A stretch of DNA of 59,595 nucleotides from a virus (Duplodnaviria; Caudoviricetes), in the IMG/VR virus record IMGVR_UViG_3300009183_000106, positions 1 through 59,595 of that record, one strand, 5' to 3'. Positions 41,001 through 50,962 of this stretch are shown here, piece after piece. How positions within the stretch are numbered: position 1 is the first letter of the stretch; each line of letters begins with the position of its first letter. The notes under the pieces are model-generated. The model worked only from the letters and a program-made list of their open reading frames with translations. It was not told the DNA's origin and ran no database searches. A program made the translations under genes and the position numbers.

Positions 41001-41408
41001 CTATATCAAGGAAGAATTAACCCAATTGCAACCTTCTCGGATGTTGGTACAGTAATATGGGGTAACAAAACTCTTCAAGTTAGAGAGTCCGCTCTTGATA
41101 GAATTAACGTAAGAAGATTATTACTACAAGCTCGTAAATTGATTTCTGCAGTTTCTGTGAGATTGTTATTCGATCAAAACGACGAACAAGTAAGACAAGA
41201 CTTCTTAAATGCGGTTAATCCGATCTTAGATGCAATCAGAAGAGATAGGGGTCTATATGACTTTAGAGTTACTGTTTCAAGTGACACTGAAGACTTAGAC
41301 AGAAATCAAATGGTAGGTAAAATCTATATCAAACCAACTCGTTCTTTGGAGTTCATAGATATAACATTCTACATCACTCCAACAGGAGCATCGTTTGATA
41401 ATATCTAA
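38067..41408 (+). CDS. Contractile tail sheath protein
   Basis: FVSPGVYTSEVD, PWFAAAGYTRG, RINPI, WGNKTLQ, RINVRRLL, IKPTRSLEFI. Confidence 0.95.
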   Translation: MATNGKVFVSPGVYTSEVDLSFVAQSVGVTTLGIAGETLKGPAFEPIFIKNYEEFQTYFGGTSAEKFINTQIPKYEAAYIAKSYLQQSNQLFVTRVLGLSGYDAGPSWSIITQANVDPTTIDFYCETPQIVDCLPYCDPADYKIIPYTVGFTGCTNSQSTISYTTSFPDEIETLLTTQFEQFNGDVSTLQTQINNMVFDVLTDANPFTAQTNTIDYFGTIYGPDYDVLSTVFTNETNVYGVPSVSSTETSYESPYNDPWYYSLFSNNGNNSYSGFSFFAYVDDLSLVPVTTTTTIAFTPTPTPSAVNPCATATPMTSPTPTPTATNTNCYTGTINGSIYYYTGTSYTNFDNLVVGTLRSRGIATYENSTNPVFEVTNINNVNLNMSGQYLGVLKNPYLPFVVNVTNDDGTSFSFETSFATSDSQYISKVFGATNFQKPRKNVPLFLEERFQALLNYGWNKGFIRGLSSELIALDSAQSGQQDSIGWYLDRYQSPNTPWIVSELRGTKVFNLFRFYSISDGNSANSEIKVSLINMSFSNGTFDVIVRDFYDSDANPTVLEKFTNCSMNPSQNNFIGKKIGSLDGEFALISKFVMVEMNEDAPVDSLPCGFDGYTFREYDGVTPPFPVYKTKYDYPGEIVYNPPFGFTNGNDDSIRSNGDNVRRTYLGFSNNIGFDTDFFQYKGKRAPIDLCNVDGVEWSYQTRGFHMDKDASVIEIGPFFATSGTPKYYVGDATFQQEPTNETSPYYRIYSRKFTTMFYGGFDGWDIYREYRTNGDRYVLGRTGFLNGACPSPRYPDAKGWGAFKQVSIGDGTQSFANTDYYAYLLGVQTFSNPEAVNINVFVSPGIDYVNNSDLVEATIDMIENNRADSLYIATTPDYNMFLPSTTGGDGLIYPQEAVDNLEQTGIDSNYTATYYPWVLTRDSVNNTQIYIPATAEVTRNLALTDNIAFPWFAAAGYTRGIVNSIKARKKLTQEDRDTLYQGRINPIATFSDVGTVIWGNKTLQVRESALDRINVRRLLLQARKLISAVSVRLLFDQNDEQVRQDFLNAVNPILDAIRRDRGLYDFRVTVSSDTEDLDRNQMVGKIYIKPTRSLEFIDITFYITPTGASFDNI

Positions 41409-41429
41409 TCAGACAAATAATTTAAAGGA

Positions 41430-41460
41430 AAAGGGGAATTCGTTCCCCTTTTTTTATTTT
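41430..41460 (+). terminator. Intrinsic terminator after the tail sheath
   Basis: aaaggggaa-ttcg-ttcccctttttttatttt. Confidence 0.85.
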
Positions 41461-41478
41461 CATAGTATTTATTAATGT

Positions 41479-42318
41479 ATGAGAAATTATCATAAAATTA
41501 TTGTTAAACAAATTATTAACGAAATTATAGAGGAAAGACAAACACCGGTAATGAAATACTATGCGTTTGACTGGGATGATAATCTTATGTTCATGCCAAC
41601 AAAAATTTACCTTAAAGATGATAACGGTAAGAGTGTTGGGATGTCAACTGAAGATTTTGCAGAATATAGAACTGAGATTGGTAAAGAACCTTTTGAGTAT
41701 GAGGGTCACACCATAGTATCTTTTGATGAAGAACCTTTCAGAGATTTTAGGGTGTCGGGAGACAAAAAATTTATATCGGATGCGATGTCCGCACCAACAG
41801 GTCCGTCATGGGATGACTTTGTGGAAGCAATTAATAGTGGGTCAATATTCGCAATTGTTACGGCAAGAGGTCACACACCTTCTGTATTAAAAGAGGCAGT
41901 TTACGAATTAATTAAACAAAATAAACATGGGTTGGACTCAAATCAGTTATCAAAAAATCTTTTAAAATATAGAGATTTAGCAGATGAAGACAAATTATCT
42001 AAAGATCAACTAATACGATCTTACTTAGATATGTGTCGTTTTCACCCTGTGTCTTTCGGAGACGGTTCTGCAACTAACCCCGAACAAGGAAAAATAGATG
42101 CAATGGAGGAATTTGTTACTTATGTGAAACATTTATCACATTCATTACAACAAAAGGCATTTATGAAAAACAAGATTAGTAATTACTTTACACCATTTAT
42201 TGGATTTTCAGATGATGATGTAAGAAATGTAGAAACTATGAAGAAACATTTTGATAAAAAAGAAGATAATATATTAAAGACTTATTTAACCGCAGGAGGA
42301 CAAAAGAAATTATATTAA
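41479..42318 (+). CDS. HAD-superfamily phosphatase-like protein
   Basis: YYAFDWDDNL (DxD), IVTARG, conserved K, GFSDDD. Confidence 0.65.
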   Translation: MRNYHKIIVKQIINEIIEERQTPVMKYYAFDWDDNLMFMPTKIYLKDDNGKSVGMSTEDFAEYRTEIGKEPFEYEGHTIVSFDEEPFRDFRVSGDKKFISDAMSAPTGPSWDDFVEAINSGSIFAIVTARGHTPSVLKEAVYELIKQNKHGLDSNQLSKNLLKYRDLADEDKLSKDQLIRSYLDMCRFHPVSFGDGSATNPEQGKIDAMEEFVTYVKHLSHSLQQKAFMKNKISNYFTPFIGFSDDDVRNVETMKKHFDKKEDNILKTYLTAGGQKKLY

Positions 42319-42438
42319 CTAGTTTATCTAGTCTAGTATAAGAATATGTTCAAAAAAAATGGAAGTAAATAGAAAAATTTTATTATCGTGATATTTATAA
42401 TAAAAACTAAAATAAACTAAAAATTAAAATAAATAATT

Positions 42439-42927
42439 ATGGCTGATTTGTTAATGAAAATGCCTATTCCTTACGAACCTAAACGTGAAAACCGTTGGAT
42501 TTTAAGATTCCCATCATCACTTGGTATTAATGAGTGGTATGTGGAAAGTACCGCAAGACCTAAATTGAAAATTGCTTCAGTTGCAATTCCTTTCTTAAAC
42601 ACTGAAACATATGTTGCGGGTAGATTCAATTGGGAAGAAGTTACAGTTAAGTTTAGAGACCCAATTGGTCCTTCAGCGTCTCAAGCGGTTATGGAATGGA
42701 TTCGTCTATGTGCAGAGTCTGTAACAGGTCGTATGGGTTATGCCGCAGGATACAAGAAAAATGTTGATTTGGAAATGTTAGACCCAACAGGAGTTGTTGT
42801 TGAGAAATGGATTTTAGAAGGGGCTTGGTTGACAGGATATGATGGTGGATCGTTAGATTATTCAAGTGATAAGATTGCGGGAATTTCTTCAAGTATTCGT
42901 ATGGATCGTTGTATTTTAGTATACTAA
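42439..42927 (+). CDS. Tail tube protein (T4 gp19-like)
   Basis: YEPKRENRW, VAGRFNWEEV.V.F.D, LDPTGVVVEKWILEGAW; position after the sheath. Confidence 0.85.
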   Translation: MADLLMKMPIPYEPKRENRWILRFPSSLGINEWYVESTARPKLKIASVAIPFLNTETYVAGRFNWEEVTVKFRDPIGPSASQAVMEWIRLCAESVTGRMGYAAGYKKNVDLEMLDPTGVVVEKWILEGAWLTGYDGGSLDYSSDKIAGISSSIRMDRCILVY

Positions 42928-42945
42928 AAAAATTTACTTTTAATA

Positions 42946-42981
42946 AAAACCGTGTACATTTATGATGTATACGGTTTTTTG
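42946..42981 (+). terminator. Intrinsic terminator after the tail tube
   Basis: aaaaccgtgtacat-ttatg-atgtatacggtttttt. Confidence 0.7.
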
Positions 42982-43012
42982 TGCAATAATAAATTAAAAA
43001 AATATAAAAAAA

Positions 43013-43777
43013 ATGGATCAAGACACAATTGATCATGGGCAAATGGATTTTAACTTACCACATGACGTGGTGACACTACCTTCAGGTGGTTTATTCTATA
43101 AATCAAAAAAGAAAAGTGTTAAGGTTGGTTACTTAACTGCAAGTGATGAAAATATTTTAGTTAATATTGATTCAAGAAAATCTATTAATGATGGTGTTGT
43201 TTTACTCTTAATAAGAAATAAACTTTATGAGAGGGACTTAAGACCTGAAGAATTAATGGAAAGTGATATTGAAGCAATCCTTTTATTTTTACGTAATACA
43301 TCATTTGGACCTGAATACACAATAAGTACAGTTGATCCTATTAGTGGTCAAGTATTCGAGGCATCAATAATGTTAGATGAGTTAAATCTAACAAAACCTA
43401 AAGTACAACCTGATGAAGATGGTACATTTACAGTTAAATTACCACAATCAAAAGCTGATGTCAAACTTAAAATGTTAAGTTTATACGATACAATTGAAAT
43501 ATCAAAAATAGTCGATTCATACCCAAAAGGATATGTTGCACCTACTATAACAACAAGATTAAATAAAACCATTTTAGAATTAAATGGTAGTCCTGATCGT
43601 AATGAAATAAGCGTATTTTGTCAAAATATGCCAATTGGCGATTCTAAGTTCATAAGAAATTTCCTTAAAGAAAACGAGCCGAGATTGGATTTGAGGAAAA
43701 CAGTTTACACCCCATCTGGAGAAAAAGTCGATGTTAGCATCAACTTTGGGGTGGAGTTTTTTCGGCCTTTCTTCTAA
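43013..43777 (+). CDS. Baseplate hub assembly / tail assembly chaperone (T4 gp26-like)
   Basis: VTLPSGGLFY, LTASDENIL, LRNTSFGPEY, C-terminal FGVEFFRP. Confidence 0.75.
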   Translation: MDQDTIDHGQMDFNLPHDVVTLPSGGLFYKSKKKSVKVGYLTASDENILVNIDSRKSINDGVVLLLIRNKLYERDLRPEELMESDIEAILLFLRNTSFGPEYTISTVDPISGQVFEASIMLDELNLTKPKVQPDEDGTFTVKLPQSKADVKLKMLSLYDTIEISKIVDSYPKGYVAPTITTRLNKTILELNGSPDRNEISVFCQNMPIGDSKFIRNFLKENEPRLDLRKTVYTPSGEKVDVSINFGVEFFRPFF

Positions 43778-43919
43778 TCACCCAAAATTTTTATTAGACG
43801 AGTTCTATTACTTGGCAAAATTCCTAAGAATTTCATACAAGGAGTTTTTAATACTCCCAACCTATATTAGGAAATACCTATTAGATAAGATAGTGGAGGA
43901 AAATACACCCAAAACTTAA
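43731..43919 (+). CDS. Small chaperone-like ORF, candidate +1 frameshift extension of the upstream gene
   Basis: Overlaps the upstream 3' end in the +1 frame; LLDEFYYLAK...SYKEFLILPTYIRKYLL; slippery TTT TTT CGG at 43757-43765. Confidence 0.65.
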   Translation: MLASTLGWSFFGLSSNHPKFLLDEFYYLAKFLRISYKEFLILPTYIRKYLLDKIVEENTPKT

Positions 43920-43948
43920 TACTTAAATATTTATTATAAAAACTAATT

Positions 43949-45916
43949 ATGGGTTACCGTTCAATAGAAGAAATATATAGTGCTGGATTATCAATTGATG
44001 CAACAAAAAAGGCGGTTAAGGAATATAATGCCGCGTCAAACAAAGCTAGTTACAATTCGGGAAAAGAAAGTGTTAATAGTAGTGGTAGTAATAGTGATTA
44101 TGATGAGGATAGTGAGGATGCTTTAAGTGATACAAAAGCTAAAGCAACGTCACTTAAAAATGTTTTTGATGATGTGGGAAAGGCAGGTAAGGATATAATC
44201 GCAGCGTTAAATCCAACCGATTTTAGTGGTGCGAATTACTTAATGAAAAGAGGTCAAGAATTAGCGAACGACATGGGTATTGGTAAGACTAGGATGTCAG
44301 AAATGAAAACCACAATTGCCGATGCTATTCCTGAAATGTTAAAATTAGGTATAACAACTGGTAACGCATTCCAAATTATAAGAGACGTACCGGCAGCACT
44401 TGGTGTTAATACAACTATGGGTACTGAGGCACTTAGAGAAATGGGAGCCGCCGCTCAAGTAAGTGCAGTTTCAACAAAACTATTAGCACAAGAATTTAAA
44501 GGTGTTGGTATGTCATTATATGATGTTGGTGATAGAATGGCTGAAGTTGCAAATTATGCTAAAAGTGTTGGTGTAAATGTAAAGGCAGTTTCCGCCGAAG
44601 TGGTAACTAATTTAAAACAATTAAATCTATTCAACTTTAGTAATGGTGTTACAGGTTTAGCAAAGATGGCGTCACAGGCAACTATGTTAGGAATTGACAT
44701 GGAAAAAACATTTAGACTTGCGGAAAGTTTAATGTCACCTGAAAAGGCAATTGAGATGTCGGCAGCATTACAACGTTTAGGGGTTTCAAGTAGTGCGTTA
44801 TTAGACCCATTGAAGGCGATGGATTTAGCTCAAAATGACCCTGAGGCATTACAAAAAGAAATGATTAACGTTTCTAAAGAATTTACCAAATTAAAGGCGG
44901 ATGGTTCAGGTTTTGAAATTTTACCTGGAGCAAAACGTAGATTAAGAGAAGTTGCGGAAGCGATGGGTATGAGTGCATCTGAATTGGCAAATATGTCAAT
45001 TAAGAGTGCTGACTTGGACATGAAGATGAGTAAAATTAAATTCCCAAGTTTAGCGTCATCTGAAGAGGATAAAATGTTAATTGCCAATATGGCACAAATG
45101 AAAGGTGGTGAGGCGGTACTCCAAATTAAAAACGAGGTCACTGGTAAAATGGATGAAATTAATGTTAAGGATTTAACTGCGGATCAAATTACTAAATTAA
45201 AAGAACAAGAGGCAGATCAAAATAAAACTATTGAACAATTAGCAATAGATCAGTTAGACGTTTTACAATCTATTGATGCTAAAACGGGTAGTGCGGTAGC
45301 CGCAGTTTCATATGGTAAGGCAACCACACCGGCAATGGATAGGTTTTATAACACAATGAATGTTCTTAGGGAAGAAACGGTTAAAGTGGTAACATCAGGA
45401 CTCAATACAGGAAACGTTAGAGAGGGATATAAAGGTGTAACAGAACCTTTAGAGTCGGGAATTATTGATGTCCTTAAAGGAAATGCTAGTTTTGAATCAT
45501 TAACAAGTGTTGTATCTGAGTTAACTACTAATGTAAGAACGACATTAGCGACTATTGCTGAAGGAGCAAAAGATAATTTAATTAATTCAGGACAAAATAC
45601 GATTAATAGAGTATCGGAAATATATAGATCAACAGGAAAAGTTGATGCGACGAATATAAAGGTTGATCAAGATCACCCAATTATTAAAAAATTGGGAGAC
45701 TATATAGATCTACTAAAACCAGGTGTACCTACGGAAACAAAAACAACGGTTAGTGGTGAGGTTAAACATACAGTTGAATTTGGTGGAACTGGAATGAGCG
45801 CTCAAGAAGAAGCGTCTTGGAATAAATATATGGATAAGTTTTTACAAGACCCTAATAAAAAGGCGGAATATTTGAAATGGGTTGCAACTTCAAACTCAGG
45901 GTTACTTAATAAGTAA
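43949..45916 (+). CDS. Tape-measure-like protein
   Basis: Helical A/M/K-rich sequence following the chaperone pair. Confidence 0.6.
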   Translation: MGYRSIEEIYSAGLSIDATKKAVKEYNAASNKASYNSGKESVNSSGSNSDYDEDSEDALSDTKAKATSLKNVFDDVGKAGKDIIAALNPTDFSGANYLMKRGQELANDMGIGKTRMSEMKTTIADAIPEMLKLGITTGNAFQIIRDVPAALGVNTTMGTEALREMGAAAQVSAVSTKLLAQEFKGVGMSLYDVGDRMAEVANYAKSVGVNVKAVSAEVVTNLKQLNLFNFSNGVTGLAKMASQATMLGIDMEKTFRLAESLMSPEKAIEMSAALQRLGVSSSALLDPLKAMDLAQNDPEALQKEMINVSKEFTKLKADGSGFEILPGAKRRLREVAEAMGMSASELANMSIKSADLDMKMSKIKFPSLASSEEDKMLIANMAQMKGGEAVLQIKNEVTGKMDEINVKDLTADQITKLKEQEADQNKTIEQLAIDQLDVLQSIDAKTGSAVAAVSYGKATTPAMDRFYNTMNVLREETVKVVTSGLNTGNVREGYKGVTEPLESGIIDVLKGNASFESLTSVVSELTTNVRTTLATIAEGAKDNLINSGQNTINRVSEIYRSTGKVDATNIKVDQDHPIIKKLGDYIDLLKPGVPTETKTTVSGEVKHTVEFGGTGMSAQEEASWNKYMDKFLQDPNKKAEYLKWVATSNSGLLNK

Positions 45917-45983
45917 TAATAGGAAATTCTTAAAATTATGTTTTCTATAAAAAAATTCTCAAGGTATTTATTAATAAAAAAGT

Positions 45984-48900
45984 ATGTCGGATAGTACATT
46001 ATCGTTTGCATCTTCGTCAAATTTCAGGGATATATTATTAGCCCGTAATTTACAACCGTATTCGGTACCAGGATCTTATTCACCTAGTAGTAATAGTGTT
46101 AATTACGAAACTAATTTATCTGTTACAAATGTAATTGACTCACCAAACGCTTTAATTTCCACAAATCAACTTGCCGATAGTATGTATTCACTTAATGAAT
46201 ACGGACCTGAAGGTGGTTACGATGGGAAATATTCTGTGCCGGGAGCACCACTACCTGTGGACTCAAACTCAGGACCATACGCACCTACCGATACGGTATT
46301 AGATTTAGTTAATGAGTTTTATATTGATGCAGCATACGTACAAAACATTTACGGACCTGAAGGTGGTTACAAAGATTTAGTTATTATAACCGATGTGGTT
46401 GGTAATCCTAAAATGTACACACCATATTGGGATCCCTCAACGTTTGTAACATCATCCTATTCACCATACGAGATAATTTTCAGTAATAACCCAACTGGAA
46501 CTAACGGTCCATTATCTCAAGATACATATTTAGCAAAGATTGGTGCGGCACAACTTAAAAGTTTATTTGAGGAGAGAATTGCAAGTGAATTATTACAAGC
46601 GAGTGTTGGAAGTGTTAATTTAGATTCACTACAAGATCCGTTTAGTGCAAGTATGGTTGCGACAGGTAAACAACCATTCTTCACAAAAAATTGGAGAATT
46701 ACAGTACCTGAAAATCCAATTAAAGCGTCAGTAACTTTGGCAAATAGATTATCGGGAACATATTTTCCTGTATCATTTATTCCTGGCGACTATTTTGATG
46801 AATCGTTTATTGATAACCCACAAACTGAGGCGGCGTTAAATGTTGTAAATAATTTAACAGGTGGATTCTTGGGACCAATCTTAAATAAATTTAAAAACCC
46901 ATCTGAAATATTTGTTGCAAACACAGGGTTTGGACAAAGATCTATATTATTCTCAAGTTTAGATTATAACAAATATAGACCGGCATATAATAGAGGGGTA
47001 ATTCAAGGGGCAACAAGTGCAATTGATAGGTTATTCGATCAAGATAAAGCACAAAGTGGAGGATACTACGTGGGTAGTCCAAATTCTGAACCTTCTCAGA
47101 TTGATTCACCCGCAAATCAAATTCCAATTGGTAAAAATGGTAGACAAGTACAAACTATTGTTTATGGTCCACAAGAACTTGGTATTCTATATGAAGGTAA
47201 TGAGGCTCAATTACAATTTGGTTTAAAAGGAAAATCATACACCGATGGTGGTGGTATTGATGGACAATTTATTTGGACATCACCAAAATATAAAGACAAT
47301 GCAGGATTTAAAGTCGGTCCTGGTGGGGTTGTCACAAAATTAGATAACGAATTTGAAACAATAAAAAGTGATTATGGAAGATACCAATCAACTGATATTA
47401 AATTCAAAGGGGATTCAATTTTAGATAAAACACAAAGACTTATTGAATCTGCGGATCAAGTACAAGGGCAAGCAAGATTAAAACACGTAGGTAATGCGAT
47501 TAACCAAGTGTCTAAGGTATTCAACGATGGATACAAAGAGATGACAAAGGGTTCTATGGTATTATCTTATACAGATCAAGCCGATGGGTCTCAAGCGGGT
47601 ATTGAGTACTGTAGAGTTTTTCAAAAGGACACACCTTACTTTACATATGCTGATTTACAAAAAAGTGATGGTATTACAACGGAAGGTAGAAAATTTTCAT
47701 ATTCTGTATTGGATAATACATATAATCTTAACATTGCCCCAATTAAGAATCCGGGATCAACAAATATTGTAGATAACAAAGTTAAAAAATATATGTTCTC
47801 TATTGAGAACTTAGCGTGGAGGACTTCAGATAGGCCTGGATTTACTTACGACGATTTACCTGTTTGCGAAAAAGGACCAAACGGTGGTAGAGTCATGTGG
47901 TTCCCACCTTATGACATTTCATTTAGTGATGATAGTACTCCTGAGTTCTCGTCAACTAATTTCTTGGGAAGACCCGAACCAATTTACACATATAAAAATA
48001 CTTCAAGAAAGGGTAGTATAAGTTGGAAGATCGTTGTCGATCACCCCGCAATTATGAATACCATTATTCAGAAACAATTGGCGGGAGTTGCAAAAGAAAG
48101 AGTGGATTCAATCGTTAATTCATTCTTTGCTGGATGTGTTAAATATGATATGTATGAATTAGGAATTAAATTTAATACGATACCAACAAGAGATTTATTT
48201 ACATACCAACAGATATTAAATAACCCAAGATTAACAAATGAAGAGTTGGGTCAAGTTGCATTTGAGATGCCTGTTGACCAAGCGGCAAATGCATCTATTG
48301 TTGAAACGACTGCCCCGGTCATACAATCAAATACCATAACTAACTCAACATCTTTAGTTGATGGTAGTGATGAATTAAAAGAATTTATAAATAAGGCATT
48401 TTATTTTGAAAATGATTGTCCTGAATGTTATGGCTCATATGCAACAACCTCATCAAAACCATTTGATAGTTGGTATGATTCATATATTCCTAAACAAAGT
48501 ACAACATATGTAACAAAAGCTCCGGCAACAGTTTATGTTGGATCAGAACCGTATGCCAAAGAAGGTGTGCAGACATTTTTTAATGATGTTATTAAAGAAA
48601 ATTTTAATAAGTTAAAAGGTGAATTTTTAACTAAATTAAAAGAAGTTATTATTGATAAAGGTGGTACAGTTGAATTAACTTTGGTAGGTTCAGCATCGGC
48701 ACCTGCAACGGTAGGGTATAATAAAAAATTATCACAAAGAAGAGTAGATAGTGTACAAAAATGGTTTAAAAATCAAAAACTTGGGGATAAACTAATAAGT
48801 GAATTACCTGCAGGTAAATTTAACATTAAAATTGCAACATCGGGAGAAACTGAAGTTGTGACTGTTGGTGCAAGTGTGGGTGGTAATGGAAAACCAATTA

Positions 48901-50960
48901 ATTGTACGACTAACATAACTTTAACTCCATCTGCAAACCCAAATGGTGGTGATATTCCGGGAGTTCCTTCTAATAGTGCAGCACAATGGTGGTCAGTACC
49001 GGCAATGGCTTGTAGACGAGTTGCTTTATCGGATATTAAAGTTATGGTTCCACCTGAAACAAAACCTGTGGTAACGACAAATGAGATAACAACAGATCCG
49101 GATAAAGCAAAAGTTCCTGGTGATCCATCTAACACAATTAAACCAAGTCCTAATTTAACAATTGAACAAAAAATTAAAGATGGAATCTCTAAAAAAATAT
49201 TAAGATTTTTATTCTCAGAATGTGATTACTTTGAGGTTATTAAAAAAACTGATCCTATGGTGTATGATAGTATCAAACAAAAAATTAAGTACTTTAATCC
49301 TGCATTCCATTCAACAACACCTGAGGGATTAAATGCAAGATTGACATTCTTAAATCAATGTATGAGACCTGGTCAAACAATTCCTGTGATTGGACCTGAT
49401 GGCAGACCAAAATACAATGATGCGTTAAACACATCATTTGGGGCACCTCCGATCTTAATTTTAAGAATGGGTGACTTTTATAATAGTAAGATTGTTCCAA
49501 CATCATTGTCTATTGCTTATGACCCAATAACATTTGATTTAAATCCTGAAGGTATTGGTGTACAACCAATGATTGCTAAAGTAACATTATCGTTTAACTT
49601 TATTGGTGGTCATGGACTTAAAGAACCTGTTGAAGAATTACAAAACGCATTATCGTTTAACTATTATGCAAATACAGAAATTTACGACGAAAGAGCGACG
49701 GCAACCGAAAGTACTGAGGCAAGGGACAAATACATGGTTGAGAAGATATTGGTTAACCAACCAAAGGTAACAACCTCTGATGTTGTAAATCAACAACCAA
49801 AAAGAGGTGGAGAATCAATTGGAACAATATCAGGTGAAGAAGATATTGATTACACTAAATTTGTCAAAGACTATTGGAATAGTACTAAAGAATATTTTGA
49901 AACATATGTTAATATTAATGCAACAATTGGTAAAAACTATAACATAGGTATTTTAGATTTATTATATGCCGATAGAGATTATTCTAAAGGTACTGCGGAG
50001 TTTACTCCTGAAATAGAAGTCCCAATTTATGGTAAACCAAGTAATGTTGAAGACAAATTGGATAAATTATTTGATAAAGTTAATGGGGATATTTCAAATA
50101 GAACTGATCCTTTTATGCAAATAGTTGTTAACAATGATCAATCTATAACTAATAGTGACAAGAGAGAAATTGAAAATAAATTAAAAGAATATGTGACAGG
50201 AATTAAACCTGATTTTATCACAAATGTTAGTAACAGTGTAAACGATTTAGTTTTATTACAACAGGACTATATTCAATATATAAGAAAGGCAAATTTGGTA
50301 CTATCAAAAACTGACGGAATAATGAATTCAAATAATGAACCTGATGTATATGATATTTCAGGGGTTACGGATTCATTTACTCAGTTACAAACTTATTTGA
50401 AAAAAATAACAGATAAACATATTGAATTTTACGGACCTGAAAACGTTGTGGAAAAAGACGATTTATTATATTTAATTGAAGATCATTATAAAAAAACATC
50501 GTGTACATTTGATGATGCAAGTGCAAGTTTAGGTGGTACCGATGTGGCAAATAGAAGAGATATTATCGTAAATAGCGATGAAAAAAATAGATTTTATCAA
50601 GTTATGGCCAATATATTTAATGATGAAAATAGTAGAAATGAATTAAAAACTTTTATACTTAATGGTCAATATGGTAATATACAAGAAGTTACTAAAGTTG
50701 TTGACCTTGCGGTTAGTCAATGTGCAACTCTTTTTAACCTTTATACTGATTTTAATAAAACCAAATATGATGGTATTAAAAATAATCCATTGTATAAAAC
50801 ATTAATGATTCCACCAATAGAAGATACTGTTAAATTTGGATTAACGTATAAAAAAGTTAGTGGTACATCACAACAAAAAAAGAATATAAAAGAATTATAT
50901 TCAAATGTGAATGTGGACAATAAAGAAAAAACCTTTGATGGTAAAATTAAATTTAATTAA
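45984..50960 (+). CDS. Large baseplate / tail-tube-initiator-like protein with an OmpA-like domain
   Basis: FLGRPEPIYTY, PPILILRMGDFY, QPMIAKVTLSF; internal FYFEND...GSAS...YNKKLSQRRVDSV...CRRV. Confidence 0.65.
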   Translation: MSDSTLSFASSSNFRDILLARNLQPYSVPGSYSPSSNSVNYETNLSVTNVIDSPNALISTNQLADSMYSLNEYGPEGGYDGKYSVPGAPLPVDSNSGPYAPTDTVLDLVNEFYIDAAYVQNIYGPEGGYKDLVIITDVVGNPKMYTPYWDPSTFVTSSYSPYEIIFSNNPTGTNGPLSQDTYLAKIGAAQLKSLFEERIASELLQASVGSVNLDSLQDPFSASMVATGKQPFFTKNWRITVPENPIKASVTLANRLSGTYFPVSFIPGDYFDESFIDNPQTEAALNVVNNLTGGFLGPILNKFKNPSEIFVANTGFGQRSILFSSLDYNKYRPAYNRGVIQGATSAIDRLFDQDKAQSGGYYVGSPNSEPSQIDSPANQIPIGKNGRQVQTIVYGPQELGILYEGNEAQLQFGLKGKSYTDGGGIDGQFIWTSPKYKDNAGFKVGPGGVVTKLDNEFETIKSDYGRYQSTDIKFKGDSILDKTQRLIESADQVQGQARLKHVGNAINQVSKVFNDGYKEMTKGSMVLSYTDQADGSQAGIEYCRVFQKDTPYFTYADLQKSDGITTEGRKFSYSVLDNTYNLNIAPIKNPGSTNIVDNKVKKYMFSIENLAWRTSDRPGFTYDDLPVCEKGPNGGRVMWFPPYDISFSDDSTPEFSSTNFLGRPEPIYTYKNTSRKGSISWKIVVDHPAIMNTIIQKQLAGVAKERVDSIVNSFFAGCVKYDMYELGIKFNTIPTRDLFTYQQILNNPRLTNEELGQVAFEMPVDQAANASIVETTAPVIQSNTITNSTSLVDGSDELKEFINKAFYFENDCPECYGSYATTSSKPFDSWYDSYIPKQSTTYVTKAPATVYVGSEPYAKEGVQTFFNDVIKENFNKLKGEFLTKLKEVIIDKGGTVELTLVGSASAPATVGYNKKLSQRRVDSVQKWFKNQKLGDKLISELPAGKFNIKIATSGETEVVTVGASVGGNGKPINCTTNITLTPSANPNGGDIPGVPSNSAAQWWSVPAMACRRVALSDIKVMVPPETKPVVTTNEITTDPDKAKVPGDPSNTIKPSPNLTIEQKIKDGISKKILRFLFSECDYFEVIKKTDPMVYDSIKQKIKYFNPAFHSTTPEGLNARLTFLNQCMRPGQTIPVIGPDGRPKYNDALNTSFGAPPILILRMGDFYNSKIVPTSLSIAYDPITFDLNPEGIGVQPMIAKVTLSFNFIGGHGLKEPVEELQNALSFNYYANTEIYDERATATESTEARDKYMVEKILVNQPKVTTSDVVNQQPKRGGESIGTISGEEDIDYTKFVKDYWNSTKEYFETYVNINATIGKNYNIGILDLLYADRDYSKGTAEFTPEIEVPIYGKPSNVEDKLDKLFDKVNGDISNRTDPFMQIVVNNDQSITNSDKREIENKLKEYVTGIKPDFITNVSNSVNDLVLLQQDYIQYIRKANLVLSKTDGIMNSNNEPDVYDISGVTDSFTQLQTYLKKITDKHIEFYGPENVVEKDDLLYLIEDHYKKTSCTFDDASASLGGTDVANRRDIIVNSDEKNRFYQVMANIFNDENSRNELKTFILNGQYGNIQEVTKVVDLAVSQCATLFNLYTDFNKTKYDGIKNNPLYKTLMIPPIEDTVKFGLTYKKVSGTSQQKKNIKELYSNVNVDNKEKTFDGKIKFN

Positions 50961-50962
50961 AA

